Part shown: positions 1 to 10,823 of the stretch, piece after piece
Layout of the letters: every line of letters begins with the position of its first letter
How positions within the stretch are numbered: position 1 is the first letter of the stretch
IMG/VR virus record: IMGVR_UViG_2920951204_000001
Coordinates: 1 to 64,000 of that record
Reading direction: 5' to 3' (one strand)
DNA: 64,000 nucleotides
Source of the DNA: a virus
Lineage: Duplodnaviria > Caudoviricetes
Position numbers and translations under genes: made by a program
The notes under the pieces: model-generated
What the model saw: only the letters and a program-made list of their open reading frames with translations
Told to the model about the DNA's origin: nothing
Database searches by the model: none

Positions 1-228
1 TTATGCAATATTTAATTCTTTTATATGGTCGAGGTCAGATAAATCCATTCCTTCATACTTCTTTGTGAACTCATCAAGAGTCTCTTTTCTTATTTTAAGG
101 CTACCCAATTTAAGTGCAGGGAGCAATCCTTTATTAATAAGATCATATACAAGATGAATACTTACTCCTAATGTAGCCGATGCTTCTTTTACTGTATACA
201 GCATTTTATCTTCTCTATTCATAATCAC
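1..228 (-). CDS. Excisionase-family helix-turn-helix protein
   Basis: LYTVKEASATLGVS...VYDLINKGLLPALKLGSLKIRKETL pattern of Xis/HTH_17. Confidence 0.85.
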   Translation of the reverse strand: MIMNREDKMLYTVKEASATLGVSIHLVYDLINKGLLPALKLGSLKIRKETLDEFTKKYEGMDLSDLDHIKELNIA

Positions 229-662
229 GCCTTTCCAGTTGAACCAAATCCACCTACACCTCTGTTAGTATCAGATAATTCATTTACTTCTTTAAAGTCA
301 ACAGATAAGTATGGCATTACTATTAATTGAGCAATTCTTTCGTTTGGTTCAACCATTTTTATTCCATCTGTGTCATTATGTAAAGCAACTATATATTCTC
401 CACGGTAATCACTATCACAAACCCCAACGCAATTAGATGGTCTGATTCCTCTTTTTGTTGCTAATCCACTGCGGGCAAATATAGCCCCAAAATAACCTTC
501 GGGAATTTCCATTGACAATCCTGTGCCGATTTTAACCGTTTTATGGGGATTGATTAGAATTCTTTCTGGTATGCAAGCATATAAATCATAACCAGCAGCT
601 TGTTCGCTTCCTCTAGTTGGAATAATTGCATTTTCGTTTAATTTTTTAATCTTAATTTCCAT
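225..662 (-). CDS. dut: dUTPase (trimeric)
   Basis: Motifs AGYDL, ARSGLA, GVCDSDYRGE, RIAQL, RGVGGFGSTG. Confidence 0.98.
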   Translation of the reverse strand: MEIKIKKLNENAIIPTRGSEQAAGYDLYACIPERILINPHKTVKIGTGLSMEIPEGYFGAIFARSGLATKRGIRPSNCVGVCDSDYRGEYIVALHNDTDGIKMVEPNERIAQLIVMPYLSVDFKEVNELSDTNRGVGGFGSTGKA

Positions 663-942
663 CGTATCCTCCTTTTATCTCCATTAGTTTTTCTAATGCG
701 TCTGCTTTATTAAGAAATATTGCTTCGTCAATATCTCTATCTGAAAAGATATAAGCATGTTTAGCTGTTGTACTATCCAATCCTACATAATAATCATCTG
801 CTACGGTTCTAATATGTAAATCATATATGTCTGTAAGTTCAGGATTGAATGAAATTTTAATAAAATAAACAGTGTCATTTTTATTAAGTTTAGTCACAAT
901 ATAGAACCACCTTTCCTTGTTTAAGCGTTTCTTTTGCATCAA
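652..942 (-). CDS. Hypothetical phage protein
   Basis: In-operon ORF between nrdG and dut; start uncertain. Confidence 0.6.
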   Translation of the reverse strand: MMQKKRLNKERWFYIVTKLNKNDTVYFIKISFNPELTDIYDLHIRTVADDYYVGLDSTTAKHAYIFSDRDIDEAIFLNKADALEKLMEIKGGYDGN

Positions 943-1441
943 TTACCCTTTGGTTCTTTGAACCTCGCCATTTCAACGTAAGGTCTTTCTGCTCATCTAT
1001 ATATTCTCCGTCAACGAGTACATCTACATTTGAAATAATCTCCCATCGAATAATTGCGGAATGTTTCCAACTTGCTTGTAACCATTTCTTTGATTCAATA
1101 AATGCATCTTTTATTTGTTCAAATTTATATCCCGTATATAACCAGATTGTTTTGTTGGGAAAAGAATTACGGATTTCTTTAATTAGAGACAAGACTTCAT
1201 CGAGGTTTTGTTCCGCTAAAGGTTCGCCCCCTAAAACAGAAATTCGTCTGATATATGGTCGATCAATCAATTCCATAAATTTATTTTTTGCTTCTTCTGT
1301 CCATTCTTTACCACCATTAAAATCCCATGTTTCAGAATTGAAACAGTTGAAGCAGTGTCTGTCACACCCTTGAACGAAGAGGGAGACTCCAACTCCCTCT
1401 CCATTTGAAATGTCCATAGATCTAATCTGTGCGTATCTCAT
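890..1441 (-). CDS. nrdG: Anaerobic ribonucleotide reductase activating enzyme
   Basis: NGEGVGVSLFVQGC-x3-C-x2-CFN radical SAM motif, GGEPL, DVLVDG, WRGSKNQRVID; adjacent to nrdD. Confidence 0.97.
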   Translation of the reverse strand: MRYAQIRSMDISNGEGVGVSLFVQGCDRHCFNCFNSETWDFNGGKEWTEEAKNKFMELIDRPYIRRISVLGGEPLAEQNLDEVLSLIKEIRNSFPNKTIWLYTGYKFEQIKDAFIESKKWLQASWKHSAIIRWEIISNVDVLVDGEYIDEQKDLTLKWRGSKNQRVIDAKETLKQGKVVLYCD

Positions 1442-2430
1442 TATAAATCCTCCGCAATATCTGTCATATGAACATATCTCTCCTTAATTTCCTGAGTACG
1501 TCCTTTTCCCCAGTAATTAGTTCCAATATATCCGCAAGTCCTTCTTGCTACATTCATCTTGTCTTTATTTCTATTGTGGCAATTTGGACATTCCCAAATA
1601 AGTTCACCACCTTCATCAATAATTTTGATTTCACCGTCATAACCACAAATCTGACAGTAATCAGATTTTGTATTTTCTTCTGCATACATGATATGGTCGT
1701 AGATAAATTTATTCATTTCTAAAATAGCATCTACATTATTTACTAATCCATCTGTCTCAACATAAGATATCGCACCTCCAAGTGATAACGCCTGAAATTC
1801 TGATTCTTTAGCAAGTTTATCAAATGCATTAATTGGTTCTTTTACAAATGTATGATAACTGTTTGTGATATAGTTTCTATCTGTAATACCTTTAATAATT
1901 CCAAAGCGTTTCTGTAGACACTTCGCAAATTTATACGTTGTGTTTTCGATTGGAGATCCATAAATTGAAAATCCAATATAATGTTCTTTATTCCACTGGT
2001 CACATTTATCGTTCATAAACTGCATTACTTTAATGCCAAAATCATGACCTTCCTGTGAATCAATATGTGATTTACCAGTCATATATTTTACACATTCATA
2101 TAATCCTGCATATCCAAGAGAAATACTTGAGTATCCATTATGAAGTAACTTATCAATCTTTTCACCTTTTTCAAGTCTTGCAAATGCTCCATACTGCCAT
2201 AATAAAGGTGCGACATCAGATAGTGTTCCTTCTAATCGTTTATGTCTGCAAAGTAATGCTTTATGACATAATTCTGTTCTCTGTTCCATTAAATTCCAAA
2301 ACTTTTCATAATCTCCTTCAGATGACAATGCTATATCTACAAGGTTTAATGTGACAACGCCTTGGTTTAGTCTTCCATAAAATTTATAATTACCATTTTC
2401 ATCTTTATAAGGTGAAAGGAAACTTCTACA
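1441..2430 (-). CDS. nrdD: Class III ribonucleotide reductase, exon 2
   Basis: Frame opens at 2430 with CRSFLSPYKDENG...GRLNQGVVTLNL; C-terminal CxxC...CxxC and RRTCGYIG glycyl-radical motif; spliced protein 719 aa. Confidence 0.95.
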   Translation of the reverse strand, partial: CRSFLSPYKDENGNYKFYGRLNQGVVTLNLVDIALSSEGDYEKFWNLMEQRTELCHKALLCRHKRLEGTLSDVAPLLWQYGAFARLEKGEKIDKLLHNGYSSISLGYAGLYECVKYMTGKSHIDSQEGHDFGIKVMQFMNDKCDQWNKEHYIGFSIYGSPIENTTYKFAKCLQKRFGIIKGITDRNYITNSYHTFVKEPINAFDKLAKESEFQALSLGGAISYVETDGLVNNVDAILEMNKFIYDHIMYAEENTKSDYCQICGYDGEIKIIDEGGELIWECPNCHNRNKDKMNVARRTCGYIGTNYWGKGRTQEIKERYVHMTDIAEDL

Positions 2431-2713
2431 CGTTTTTATTACATATCACTATGTACACTGACTATATATTCTCTCCGAGTCCGTTACTCTCATCAACGAG
2501 CCGACTGCTTGGAATTGGTGCTTGTCTCCAATCCTACACCGCTACACTCATCACGGTTAGTCGATACACACTTCCTATTTCTAGGGTTGGCACGGTACTC
2601 ATCTTAGGTCACAGAATCTCTTCTACCTAAGACCTATCCGTTAGCAACTATATTAGTTACACCCTCTAAGCAACGAGGTTCAATCGGTTTATCCTGGGCT
2701 GTAGTTTACGCTC
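2431..2713 (-). ncRNA. Group I intron (283 nt, no ORF) in nrdD
   Basis: Removal restores PCMG|CRSFL; exon ends in U, intron ends in G; P1 UGGGU pairs with GCCCA; P7 GACUA/UAGUC; terminal P9-like hairpin. Confidence 0.93.
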
Positions 2714-3883
2714 ACCCATACACGGGAAACAGTTGCCCTCTTTATATTTCTTCATAATCTTCTCTGAAATATAATCAGGGTTCATTCTCTTTGCAGTACA
2801 CTTAGCTGCAAGTTTTGTTAAATACCAATAAGGGGAATTTTCATGGATATTATCTTCTTCTAAGACATAAAGAAGCTTTGGAAAAGCCTGTGTGACATAT
2901 ACGCCAACTTCATTTTTAAGACCAAGTAATCTCTGATTAAGAAACTCTTCAATAATCATTGCAAGTTCTTTCTTATACTCTGTAGTCTCCCCAAGATACA
3001 TGAATACACTCAAAAAAGGAGACTGCCCATTTGAGTTAGACATAGAATTGCACTGATAGTTAAATGTCTGAACGCCATCTGCTACTTCTTTTTTGGTATC
3101 AGCTTTTGCATATTTTTTACAATCTTCATCAGAAAATCCCCATGACTTATATTTCTCATAGTATTTGTTGTAACTATCTCTTACAAATGGTGCTAAATGT
3201 GTAAGAGTAATTGTAGCCCCTCCATACTGAAGTGACGTAACACCAAGAATAATCTGAGTGGCGATTGTACAAGCAGTAATAAATCTATGTGGTTTTTCAA
3301 TCATTACCTTGTTAATACAAGTACCATTCTGTAGCATATCTTCGAGATTAATAAGTGAGCAGTTACTCATCGCATTCATACCAAAATAATCAATATCATG
3401 GAAATGAATAATTCCTTCATCGTGCGCTTGTACAACTTCTGGTGGAAGTAAAAATCTACGAGAAATATCTTTGCTAACAATTCCTGCCATATAATCACGC
3501 TGAGTATTTAATACTTTTGAGTTTTTATTGGAGTTCTCAGTATTCCAATATTCACTTTCACCATCTAACAGTTCATCAATCTCGGAATCTGTTGTATTCT
3601 CATTTTCTCTCTGAAACTCACGAATACTTCTATATCCCTCATATGCTTTTGCAGTAAGTCTCTGCTTTTTGGTAATTAATTTATCATAAACCATTGATTC
3701 AATATCAGAGATGCTTACTTCTTCTTTATCCTTACACTCTTCTTCAATCTCATTTGCAATGTCATCCGCAATCTTTGGCTTTACAATGCCTGAACCATTC
3801 TTCATAGCTTTAAGAATTGCCGTTGAGATTTTTGATTTGTCAAAATCAACCTCTGAACAATCTCTCTTAATTACTTTTGTCAA
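2714..3883 (-). CDS. nrdD: Class III ribonucleotide reductase, exon 1 (with ATP-cone)
   Basis: VIKRD...FDKSKI ATP-cone, AHDEGIIHFHD, NCSL, QYGG, GQSPF, FPKL; ends at FPCMG. Confidence 0.95.
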
Positions 3884-4184
3884 TATTTATATCTCCTTCC
3901 TCAATTTTGTTTATAAGTCCCTCAAATGACGATTTAAGATTTAAAGTTAGTTCTTTCCAGAATTTACAATAAGCTTTTTCTTGTTCTAGTTCTTTTTGTA
4001 ATCTATTTATTTTTCCATTATCTTCATTTGATTTTTGTACATTATCAGTATTATCTAACACTTTTAAATAGCCATAATACCTATATAATTCATCATAGTG
4101 TTTATTACTTACCCCTATAAATAAACCCTGTTCTACGCCTTCTAAAGTTATCATATAGATATCTTCTTTATTATACGTTCCCAT
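3867..4184 (-). CDS. Hypothetical protein
   Basis: ORF with SD (AAAGGAG); first gene downstream of the 4207 repeat site. Confidence 0.65.
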   Translation of the reverse strand: MGTYNKEDIYMITLEGVEQGLFIGVSNKHYDELYRYYGYLKVLDNTDNVQKSNEDNGKINRLQKELEQEKAYCKFWKELTLNLKSSFEGLINKIEEGDINIDKSN

Positions 4185-4276
4185 TTATCTCCTTTCTCGA
4201 TTCCATAAGAAATCAACCTTTCATTTGATTTTTTGATTAAAATAAATCAATTTTAGAGTTATTTTCTTGACTTATT

Positions 4277-4444
4277 TTATTGTATTTGTTTTAAATTTGG
4301 TATAAAATCTTCAAATCCATTATTTTCGTTGCATGTGTACTCAAAGTTTGACCAACTCTGCCATTTAGACGATTTTGCAGTTGCTCTATAACAATTATCT
4401 CTTTTGGTGCAATTAATACTACTGCACATTGTTATATCTGACAT
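4277..4444 (-). CDS. Small Cys-rich protein (55 aa, not in ORF track)
   Basis: GAGGTG SD then MSDITMCSSINCTKRDNCYRA...KQIQ*. Confidence 0.7.
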   Translation of the reverse strand: MSDITMCSSINCTKRDNCYRATAKSSKWQSWSNFEYTCNENNGFEDFIPNLKQIQ

Positions 4445-4456
4445 AATCCACCTCGC

Positions 4457-4879
4457 TTAATTTAGATAAAAATTAGTTACATAAGAAACAAGTTTTAATT
4501 TATCATCAAATATCTTATTGCTTAGTTCTATCTGCCACGGATGAAGTTTATTATGATTTTCATTCAACCCGATAACCGGAATATTATTTTCAAATGCAAT
4601 TGCCTGTTCAACTAATGTTCCTTTAGAAAAGCAATGCGAAAAATCAACAATTACCATATCGCTATGACGGACTTTATATAAATCATAATCCATAATTTCA
4701 CGCTGGCTGTCATAACCAACTTCCTTAAAATTGTAGTAATCATTAGGATTAATACAATTAACTTTCATATTTGAATATGTATGTTTAAACATTTTATTCA
4801 GCGTTCTTCTCCAACCGTTGATTTCTTCATCACTCAATCCTTCCATCGCTCCGGCTAGATATATCGTAAATTCTTTCAT
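4457..4879 (-). CDS. Nucleoside 2-deoxyribosyltransferase-like protein
   Basis: IYLAGAM, DLYKVRHSD, SKGTLVE motifs. Confidence 0.85.
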   Translation of the reverse strand: MKEFTIYLAGAMEGLSDEEINGWRRTLNKMFKHTYSNMKVNCINPNDYYNFKEVGYDSQREIMDYDLYKVRHSDMVIVDFSHCFSKGTLVEQAIAFENNIPVIGLNENHNKLHPWQIELSNKIFDDKLKLVSYVTNFYLN

Positions 4880-5438
4880 TTACCACGTTCTCCTTTCTAA
4901 TTGCATCCATCTCTTCAATCATTTTTGCAATATCCCATAAATCACGTTTGTTGTTTTCTATGACTACATCAACCTCTTTTTCAATACCCTTAAAATCTTT
5001 TTTGTCGTGTCTTAATCTTCTTTTAATTTCTTTAGGATTGTCGCCACGTTTTTTTAATCTGGATTTTAGGATTCTGTTTTTGGATTTTAAATAAACGGTT
5101 AATGTATCTTTACCTATGATATCCTTAATTTCTTGATAACCATCAGGTGTTAGAATTATTATCTTATCCTCATTAAATGTGGTAAGGTCTAATAATGCTG
5201 TACCATAATACCAAGTTCCTTCAATTGATTCATATTTCTTCCATTCGGCAAAGAAACCTTCCTCAATTTTTTCTTCAAAAGTTTCTTCATCTGTAAAATG
5301 ATATGTAACATCCTGTATTTCCTTCGGTCTCATTGGTCTGGTTGTCCAAGTTACAATTTTTTTATAGTCATAAAAATTGGTTAATTTTTTTACAACAGAA
5401 TCCTTACCACTTCCTGATTTACCCACAATTATAATCAT
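4830..5438 (-). CDS. gmk: Guanylate kinase-like protein
   Basis: GKSGSGKD P-loop, TTRPMR...YHF, WYYGT. Confidence 0.88.
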   Translation of the reverse strand: MIIIVGKSGSGKDSVVKKLTNFYDYKKIVTWTTRPMRPKEIQDVTYHFTDEETFEEKIEEGFFAEWKKYESIEGTWYYGTALLDLTTFNEDKIIILTPDGYQEIKDIIGKDTLTVYLKSKNRILKSRLKKRGDNPKEIKRRLRHDKKDFKGIEKEVDVVIENNKRDLWDIAKMIEEMDAIRKENVVNERIYDISSRSDGRIE

Positions 5439-5553
5439 GTTTCACCTAATCCCTTTCATCGTTTGATGATGCAGCTACACACCATTAAAACACCAATTGT
5501 CATTCCTAAAAGGAATAAACCTATTCCCGTTGCTATTCCCATAAACACCTCCA

Positions 5554-5739
5554 CTATATTTCTTTAATTTTATCTTTACAAACACCCTTATTATTTGGAA
5601 TGTATTTCTCTTGCCACAATAAGACATTCCAAGGAATATATTTCCTGTGTCTTAAACACTCAAAATCCATACATTCACGATTAGAACAATAAGGATATTC
5701 TTTTGTACCTAACTCAATTTTCTTTTTTGTTCTACTCAT
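5554..5739 (-). CDS. Small Cys-rich hypothetical protein
   Basis: ORF in operon, YCSNRECMDFECLRH. Confidence 0.6.
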   Translation of the reverse strand: MSRTKKKIELGTKEYPYCSNRECMDFECLRHRKYIPWNVLLWQEKYIPNNKGVCKDKIKEI

Positions 5740-5751
5740 ATATATTCTCCA

Positions 5752-6579
5752 CTAAACATATATTTTTATATATTTAATTCTACTTTGCCATTTAGGATTG
5801 CAATAAGCAATGTCACCCATTCGCTTTGCTTTTGAATATAACGCTGGAGTATCCACAACAAATTCAACTAGTGAACCATCGCCTGTTTTTTGATTCATAG
5901 CATCTGTATGTTGATCTGCTTTACAATCTGCTAATATGCAATGGATAACTTGTCCATTGTTAAGAATTAAATCAATATATGTACCAATGCGAGTTGTATA
6001 ATAACTACCTAATGCAATACAATATCTTCCATCGACCTGACGTATTCCATATGTTCCTGTATACGCTCTTCGTTGTAGTTTATATTGTTGACTAGAAGTA
6101 TTTGTGATACATGTATAATCCATGTAGGAAAATAAAGTATAATTAGGAACATTGGTATGTAGTTTATGTTTCTTTTTCTTTTTTGAAACATATTTTGCAA
6201 GCACATAACCCTTAATTTTTTTGTTATTAATCTTAACCCATTTTTTATTTACTCTTATATAATTAATTTTTTCTCCATAAAACAAATGACCCTTAATTTT
6301 AGCCGTAAATCGCTTCTTTGCACGAACATTAACGTTATTGGCTTTTATATAACCTTTTTTATATTTATTTTTTTTTGTTGTTTTCTGCGTAATTATTCGT
6401 TCTGTTGTTTCAATTTCTGGCTCTATAATATTCTCTATTGTTTCAGTTGCCTTATTAGAAACATTGTCATTGTCTATATAATTTGTATTATTGACGTTGT
6501 TTTTTACCGTAAAAACTATTATGGTTGCCAACAATATAGATATTATTTTGTATTTTAAATTCATATTTTCACCCTTCAA
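5752..6579 (-). CDS. Membrane-anchored SH3b-domain cell-wall protein
   Basis: N-terminal hydrophobic segment; NVNVR...WVKI...GYVLAKYV SH3b-like; C-terminal IALGSYY...LADCK domain. Confidence 0.65.
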   Translation of the reverse strand: MKGENMNLKYKIISILLATIIVFTVKNNVNNTNYIDNDNVSNKATETIENIIEPEIETTERIITQKTTKKNKYKKGYIKANNVNVRAKKRFTAKIKGHLFYGEKINYIRVNKKWVKINNKKIKGYVLAKYVSKKKKKHKLHTNVPNYTLFSYMDYTCITNTSSQQYKLQRRAYTGTYGIRQVDGRYCIALGSYYTTRIGTYIDLILNNGQVIHCILADCKADQHTDAMNQKTGDGSLVEFVVDTPALYSKAKRMGDIAYCNPKWQSRIKYIKIYV

Positions 6580-6781
6580 AAAATTTTACGAAGTTGTTTT
6601 CTTTATAGTTTTCTATGTTTAAGACCAAAACTTCACCATCTCGCAAAAATGTGTTGAGTATTCTCTGGTCGTATCTTCCATAATCATCACCAAGTTTACC
6701 CACACATACATACGCATCTGGATATTTTTCAAGTTCTTTAATTAAATCCTTCGCATAGATAATCCTCTTTTGCTGCTGAAT
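6569..6781 (-). CDS. Hypothetical protein with ATT start (70 aa, not in ORF track)
   Basis: GAGGTGA SD followed by ATT-CAG; open frame IQQQKRIIYAKDLIKELEKYPD...FFEG* fills the gap. Confidence 0.65.
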   Translation of the reverse strand: MQQQKRIIYAKDLIKELEKYPDAYVCVGKLGDDYGRYDQRILNTFLRDGEVLVLNIENYKENNFVKFFEG

Positions 6782-6832
6782 TGTTCATCACCTCTTTTTA
6801 TATATTCTCTATTTAGTTTTTAATTTTGTTGA

Positions 6833-8812
6833 TTATTTGAGCATAGATAAAAATTGCTCTTCTGTTATGATAGGAATATTTAATTCCTTTGCTTTTTTAT
6901 TTTTAGAACTGTTAGAATCAATATCGTTGTTGATAAGATAGTCTGTTTTAGATGTTACTGAACCTGTAACTTTACCACCGTTTTTCTCAATATCTGTTTT
7001 TAATTCATTACGATTTTTATAATGATTAACAGAACCAGTAACTACAAATACTTTTCCGTTAATTTTATCATTTTCAACTTTTTCAATTTTTTCATCTTTT
7101 GAAAATGTAAACTCTTGTGCTAAATCCATAATTTCTTCATTATGTTTGTTCCAATAATTAATAATGGATTTTCCTAACGCTTCGCCAATACCATTAATTG
7201 AAGTAAAAGCATCTTTTCCACCCTCTGTTAATGCATCAACAAATGAATTAAAATTATTTCCACAAAATTCGGATATATCTTTACTTGCCGAATTGCCTAA
7301 AAGTGGGATGGATAAACTATAAAGAAAACGTTGAAGATTTGTATTACGAGATTTTTCAATTGAATCAAGAAGTTTTTCTACTGATTTTTTACCAAAACCA
7401 TCAAGTATTTGCATATGATTTTTATAAAATGATAAATGATAGATATCTTTAATTGAAGAAACCCATCCAAGTTTAATCATTTTTTCTAATGTAGCTTCCG
7501 AAAGATTATCAATATTAAGAGCATTTCGTGACACGGCATGACTAAGTTTTCCTAAAATTATACCTTTACAATTTGGATTAGTACAATAAAGCACTTCTGA
7601 ATTATTTTCTTTTACTATCTTTGTTGGAGATTTACAAATAGGACAAAATACTGGAACATCAAAGTTCCCACTTTTATCAATACTATCATGCACTTTGGGA
7701 ATAACCATATTAGAACGGTAGACTCTAATTCTATCTCCTATTCCAAGCATCATGTCCTTAATATATGTAATATTGTGAAGCGTTGCTCTTGTTGTAATTG
7801 CTCCATTTAAGTCAACTGGATCGAAGATTGCCACAGGATTAATCAAGCCTGTCTTAGAGGTATTCCATTCAATATCTGTAAGCACTGTTTCAAATAATTC
7901 ATCCTCGTATTTATATGCCATTGAATGTCGGAAGAATTTATCTGTACGCCCCATTGAATCAGCAATTTTATAATCATCAACCGCCACAACAGCTCCATCA
8001 TAAGGAATATTATGTGAATTTGCTGATTCTCTTATTTGATTTAATAAGACTACTAACTCTTTTTTCTGATTAATTTTAGGTGATTTTAATATTGGTATAA
8101 TCTCAAAGCCAATATCTTTAGCCTTGAATAAATCTTTACTAGGAGTTTTATGTTCAAAACCTTTAATAACTCTCCAAGCAACAAACCTCATATTTCTGCT
8201 TGCAGCTTCTTTGCTATCAAGTAACTGTAGTGAACCAGATACAAGATTTCTTGGATGTTTATACTTCTTATCTTCTGGAAGTTTATCATTAATCTCTCTG
8301 AAGGTGTCCCATCCAATAATTGTTTCACCATCAATAATCAATTCATCCTTATACGGAATTTCTTTTGGTACATTTTTCATTGTTAAAACATTCTGAAGGC
8401 AATCAAAACCTCTTATTCCATCGCCTCTAGTTTCTGCACTAATTAATTTACCATCAATATAGTGTAGTGAAGTTGTAAGACCATCTGCCTTCACGGATAA
8501 GAAGCAATCCTTATCTCCAATAAATTTAATCAATTCATCAATAAACTTTGTCTTATCAAGTGAAAGCATTAGATGATTATGTTCTACTTCTTTTAGTTCA
8601 TCTGCGATTGAATATCCAACATTATGTGTTGGACTGTTTGCAAAAACAATACTTGTTTCTTCTTCCCACATTCTAAGTTCTTCCAATTTATTATCAAATT
8701 CATAATCTGACATAATCGGATTATCACTGTTGTAATAAGCTTCAGATGCAGCATTAAGTTCTTGAACTCGTTTTACTATGTCAACTTTATCCATTATTAC
8801 TCTCCTCTCCAC
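6833..8812 (-). CDS. ligA: NAD-dependent DNA ligase
   Basis: MLSLDK, KADG, TRGDG, PRNLVSG, RATLHN, zinc finger, HhH, C-terminal BRCT. Confidence 0.97.
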   Translation of the reverse strand: MERRVIMDKVDIVKRVQELNAASEAYYNSDNPIMSDYEFDNKLEELRMWEEETSIVFANSPTHNVGYSIADELKEVEHNHLMLSLDKTKFIDELIKFIGDKDCFLSVKADGLTTSLHYIDGKLISAETRGDGIRGFDCLQNVLTMKNVPKEIPYKDELIIDGETIIGWDTFREINDKLPEDKKYKHPRNLVSGSLQLLDSKEAASRNMRFVAWRVIKGFEHKTPSKDLFKAKDIGFEIIPILKSPKINQKKELVVLLNQIRESANSHNIPYDGAVVAVDDYKIADSMGRTDKFFRHSMAYKYEDELFETVLTDIEWNTSKTGLINPVAIFDPVDLNGAITTRATLHNITYIKDMMLGIGDRIRVYRSNMVIPKVHDSIDKSGNFDVPVFCPICKSPTKIVKENNSEVLYCTNPNCKGIILGKLSHAVSRNALNIDNLSEATLEKMIKLGWVSSIKDIYHLSFYKNHMQILDGFGKKSVEKLLDSIEKSRNTNLQRFLYSLSIPLLGNSASKDISEFCGNNFNSFVDALTEGGKDAFTSINGIGEALGKSIINYWNKHNEEIMDLAQEFTFSKDEKIEKVENDKINGKVFVVTGSVNHYKNRNELKTDIEKNGGKVTGSVTSKTDYLINNDIDSNSSKNKKAKELNIPIITEEQFLSMLK

Positions 8813-8996
8813 AATATTCTTTTAAATATGTAAGCATTTGTTCTTCTTCTGGAAAGAACGGATCTTGCTTCTTTTCGTTCTGTACCCAATGCAAGAAATT
8901 CATCCAAAATTGACCTGCTCTCAAATCAGGCATATAAGTCATATGTAATCTTGTTACTTCATTATAGAAGTTATATAATCTATTAGGATTCCTCAT
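8787..8996 (-). CDS. Hypothetical protein
   Basis: Overlapping in-operon ORF. Confidence 0.6.
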   Translation of the reverse strand: MRNPNRLYNFYNEVTRLHMTYMPDLRAGQFWMNFLHWVQNEKKQDPFFPEEEQMLTYLKEYCGEESNNG

Positions 8997-9288
8997 CTAT
9001 ATCAACCTTCCCGTTTTCGTCGTAAATATCGAACATTTCACCACAGTAGTCAAAAGTGTTTTTCTGCAATTCCTTGATTTTCTTTAAAGTCTTGCATGTA
9101 TACACTTTCATTCCCTGATATTTACCTTCAATGCCTACAAACCCTCCACGATAAAATCTTGAGAATTGTGGATGTTTATAAATTGCCCTATCCTCTATTA
9201 TATACTTTCTTTCTGGAATAATGGTTCCGTCTGTTTTCTCAATCTGTGGGATTATCTGCTCATATGGTTCTTTTCTCAAATAATACAT
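8983..9288 (-). CDS. Hypothetical protein
   Basis: Strong SD AGGAGGAG. Confidence 0.65.
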   Translation of the reverse strand: MYYLRKEPYEQIIPQIEKTDGTIIPERKYIIEDRAIYKHPQFSRFYRGGFVGIEGKYQGMKVYTCKTLKKIKELQKNTFDYCGEMFDIYDENGKVDIDEES

Positions 9289-9318
9289 AACTTTCTCCTC
9301 CTTTTGAAATGAACATTT

Positions 9319-9954
9319 CTAACCTTCATACATAATTAATTCTTTAGCATAAGGTAACGATTCAATCCATTTACAAAACGTATCAACCCATTCTTCTTTG
9401 AGTCTATGATGCCTGCGCTGAAAATACATATTACGCAGTTCTGCATAATTAGTATCCCAAGTTCTCATTTGTTCAAATCCTTCCATAAGAAGTCTCTTTG
9501 CTCTCACAAGAAGCCTGTTTTTATCCGTTGAATATGTTGGATTTTTATATTCCTGACGCAAACTCTCTAACCTATTTACTACAGCACCAACAATATCTTC
9601 ATCTTCTTCGCACCATACAAATAAATCTTTTGTGATTGGATTATCATTATTTAATAACTTGTGCATAGTTGAACAACTGTTTTTTGTATTGAAATGATAT
9701 GTATCAGCTTCGCTCCACCAGTATCTAGGCATATCTACATCAACAGATACATGGATCATTCTCATAAACTTTGAATGTTCACCACCTGCCTTAATAAGAT
9801 TCTGAGCAAGTTTCATATCAGACGCACCAATAACATAGTGATTATGCAAATTCCCATTATAGAAACTATCAATTCTATCCCAGCTATTTTTCGGGTTTCT
9901 CATACCTCTTAATGCGTGTTCAAAACCCCAAATCTCAGTATTTTCAAATTTCAA
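9319..9954 (-). CDS. Conserved phage protein, possibly ThyX-like fold
   Basis: HSKFMRMI...PRYWWSE...NSCSTMH pattern; nucleotide-metabolism context; function inferred. Confidence 0.5.
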   Translation of the reverse strand: MKFENTEIWGFEHALRGMRNPKNSWDRIDSFYNGNLHNHYVIGASDMKLAQNLIKAGGEHSKFMRMIHVSVDVDMPRYWWSEADTYHFNTKNSCSTMHKLLNNDNPITKDLFVWCEEDEDIVGAVVNRLESLRQEYKNPTYSTDKNRLLVRAKRLLMEGFEQMRTWDTNYAELRNMYFQRRHHRLKEEWVDTFCKWIESLPYAKELIMYEG

Positions 9955-10034
9955 ATTTAATATCCTCCTATTATTTTAAATTCCAATGAAAGTCCAATTT
10001 ACTTGGAAATTTCATCTCAAATTTCGCCTTATTT

Positions 10035-10352
10035 TCAAAGTTTTTCTGACTTGAATAACCAACAATAATCAACAAACCTGTCAAAATTCATCATTATTTG
10101 GTCATAAATATCAACCTTAATATCGTCTGCTCGTCCAGTCCAAGGTGATAAAATTATTTCATATTCACACTTAGACCAAAAATAATACATCACTTCTCTT
10201 TTTAATTTTTCAGAGAAATCATCCTTATCTATTTTTTCTTTTAAAAGCACATCAACTTCTTTTTTAAAACTTCCATGATTGAATATGTTCCATTTAATAA
10301 TTTTTTGTGCATTGGAATCATGATAATAAACGTACCATTCTATAATAATCAC
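10035..10352 (-). CDS. Hypothetical protein
   Basis: SD AGGAGGTG; in operon. Confidence 0.65.
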   Translation of the reverse strand: MIIIEWYVYYHDSNAQKIIKWNIFNHGSFKKEVDVLLKEKIDKDDFSEKLKREVMYYFWSKCEYEIILSPWTGRADDIKVDIYDQIMMNFDRFVDYCWLFKSEKL

Positions 10353-10366
10353 CTCCTGCTGATTAT

Positions 10367-10798
10367 TTATTCTCCATACTTTTCAAACAGTTCTGCCATA
10401 GTCATGTTGTTATATTTAGCAAGATCCACACAACAAGCACATATATTCTTAGCAGAAGAAACACCTAAACAGTTACAAAGATAATCAGTTAAATTTTCAT
10501 ACTTGTAACCTATTTTACTTGCATAAATTGGTGTATCCCATCCAATTATATATTTACCATTTACTTTAAATTTTGTATCAGGGACACCAAGTACACTACC
10601 ATCACATTGTCTCCACCATGCATCCTCGCCGGCTAATCTAACAAAGTTTTCTTCTGGCATATCGCACATATTTTTAAATAATTCTTCTGATACTTTCCAC
10701 ACTTCATAGTTTGTGCTTGCGTAAGTAATATCTGCGTATTTACCTGTAGGATCTATCCTGCTGAAAAATTTATATAAATTGTTTCCTAAAATTTCCAT
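10367..10798 (-). CDS. Hypothetical protein
   Basis: SD GGAGG; in operon. Confidence 0.65.
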   Translation of the reverse strand: MEILGNNLYKFFSRIDPTGKYADITYASTNYEVWKVSEELFKNMCDMPEENFVRLAGEDAWWRQCDGSVLGVPDTKFKVNGKYIIGWDTPIYASKIGYKYENLTDYLCNCLGVSSAKNICACCVDLAKYNNMTMAELFEKYGE

Positions 10799-10823
10799 TT
10801 ATTCCTCCAAATTTCTAATATAT

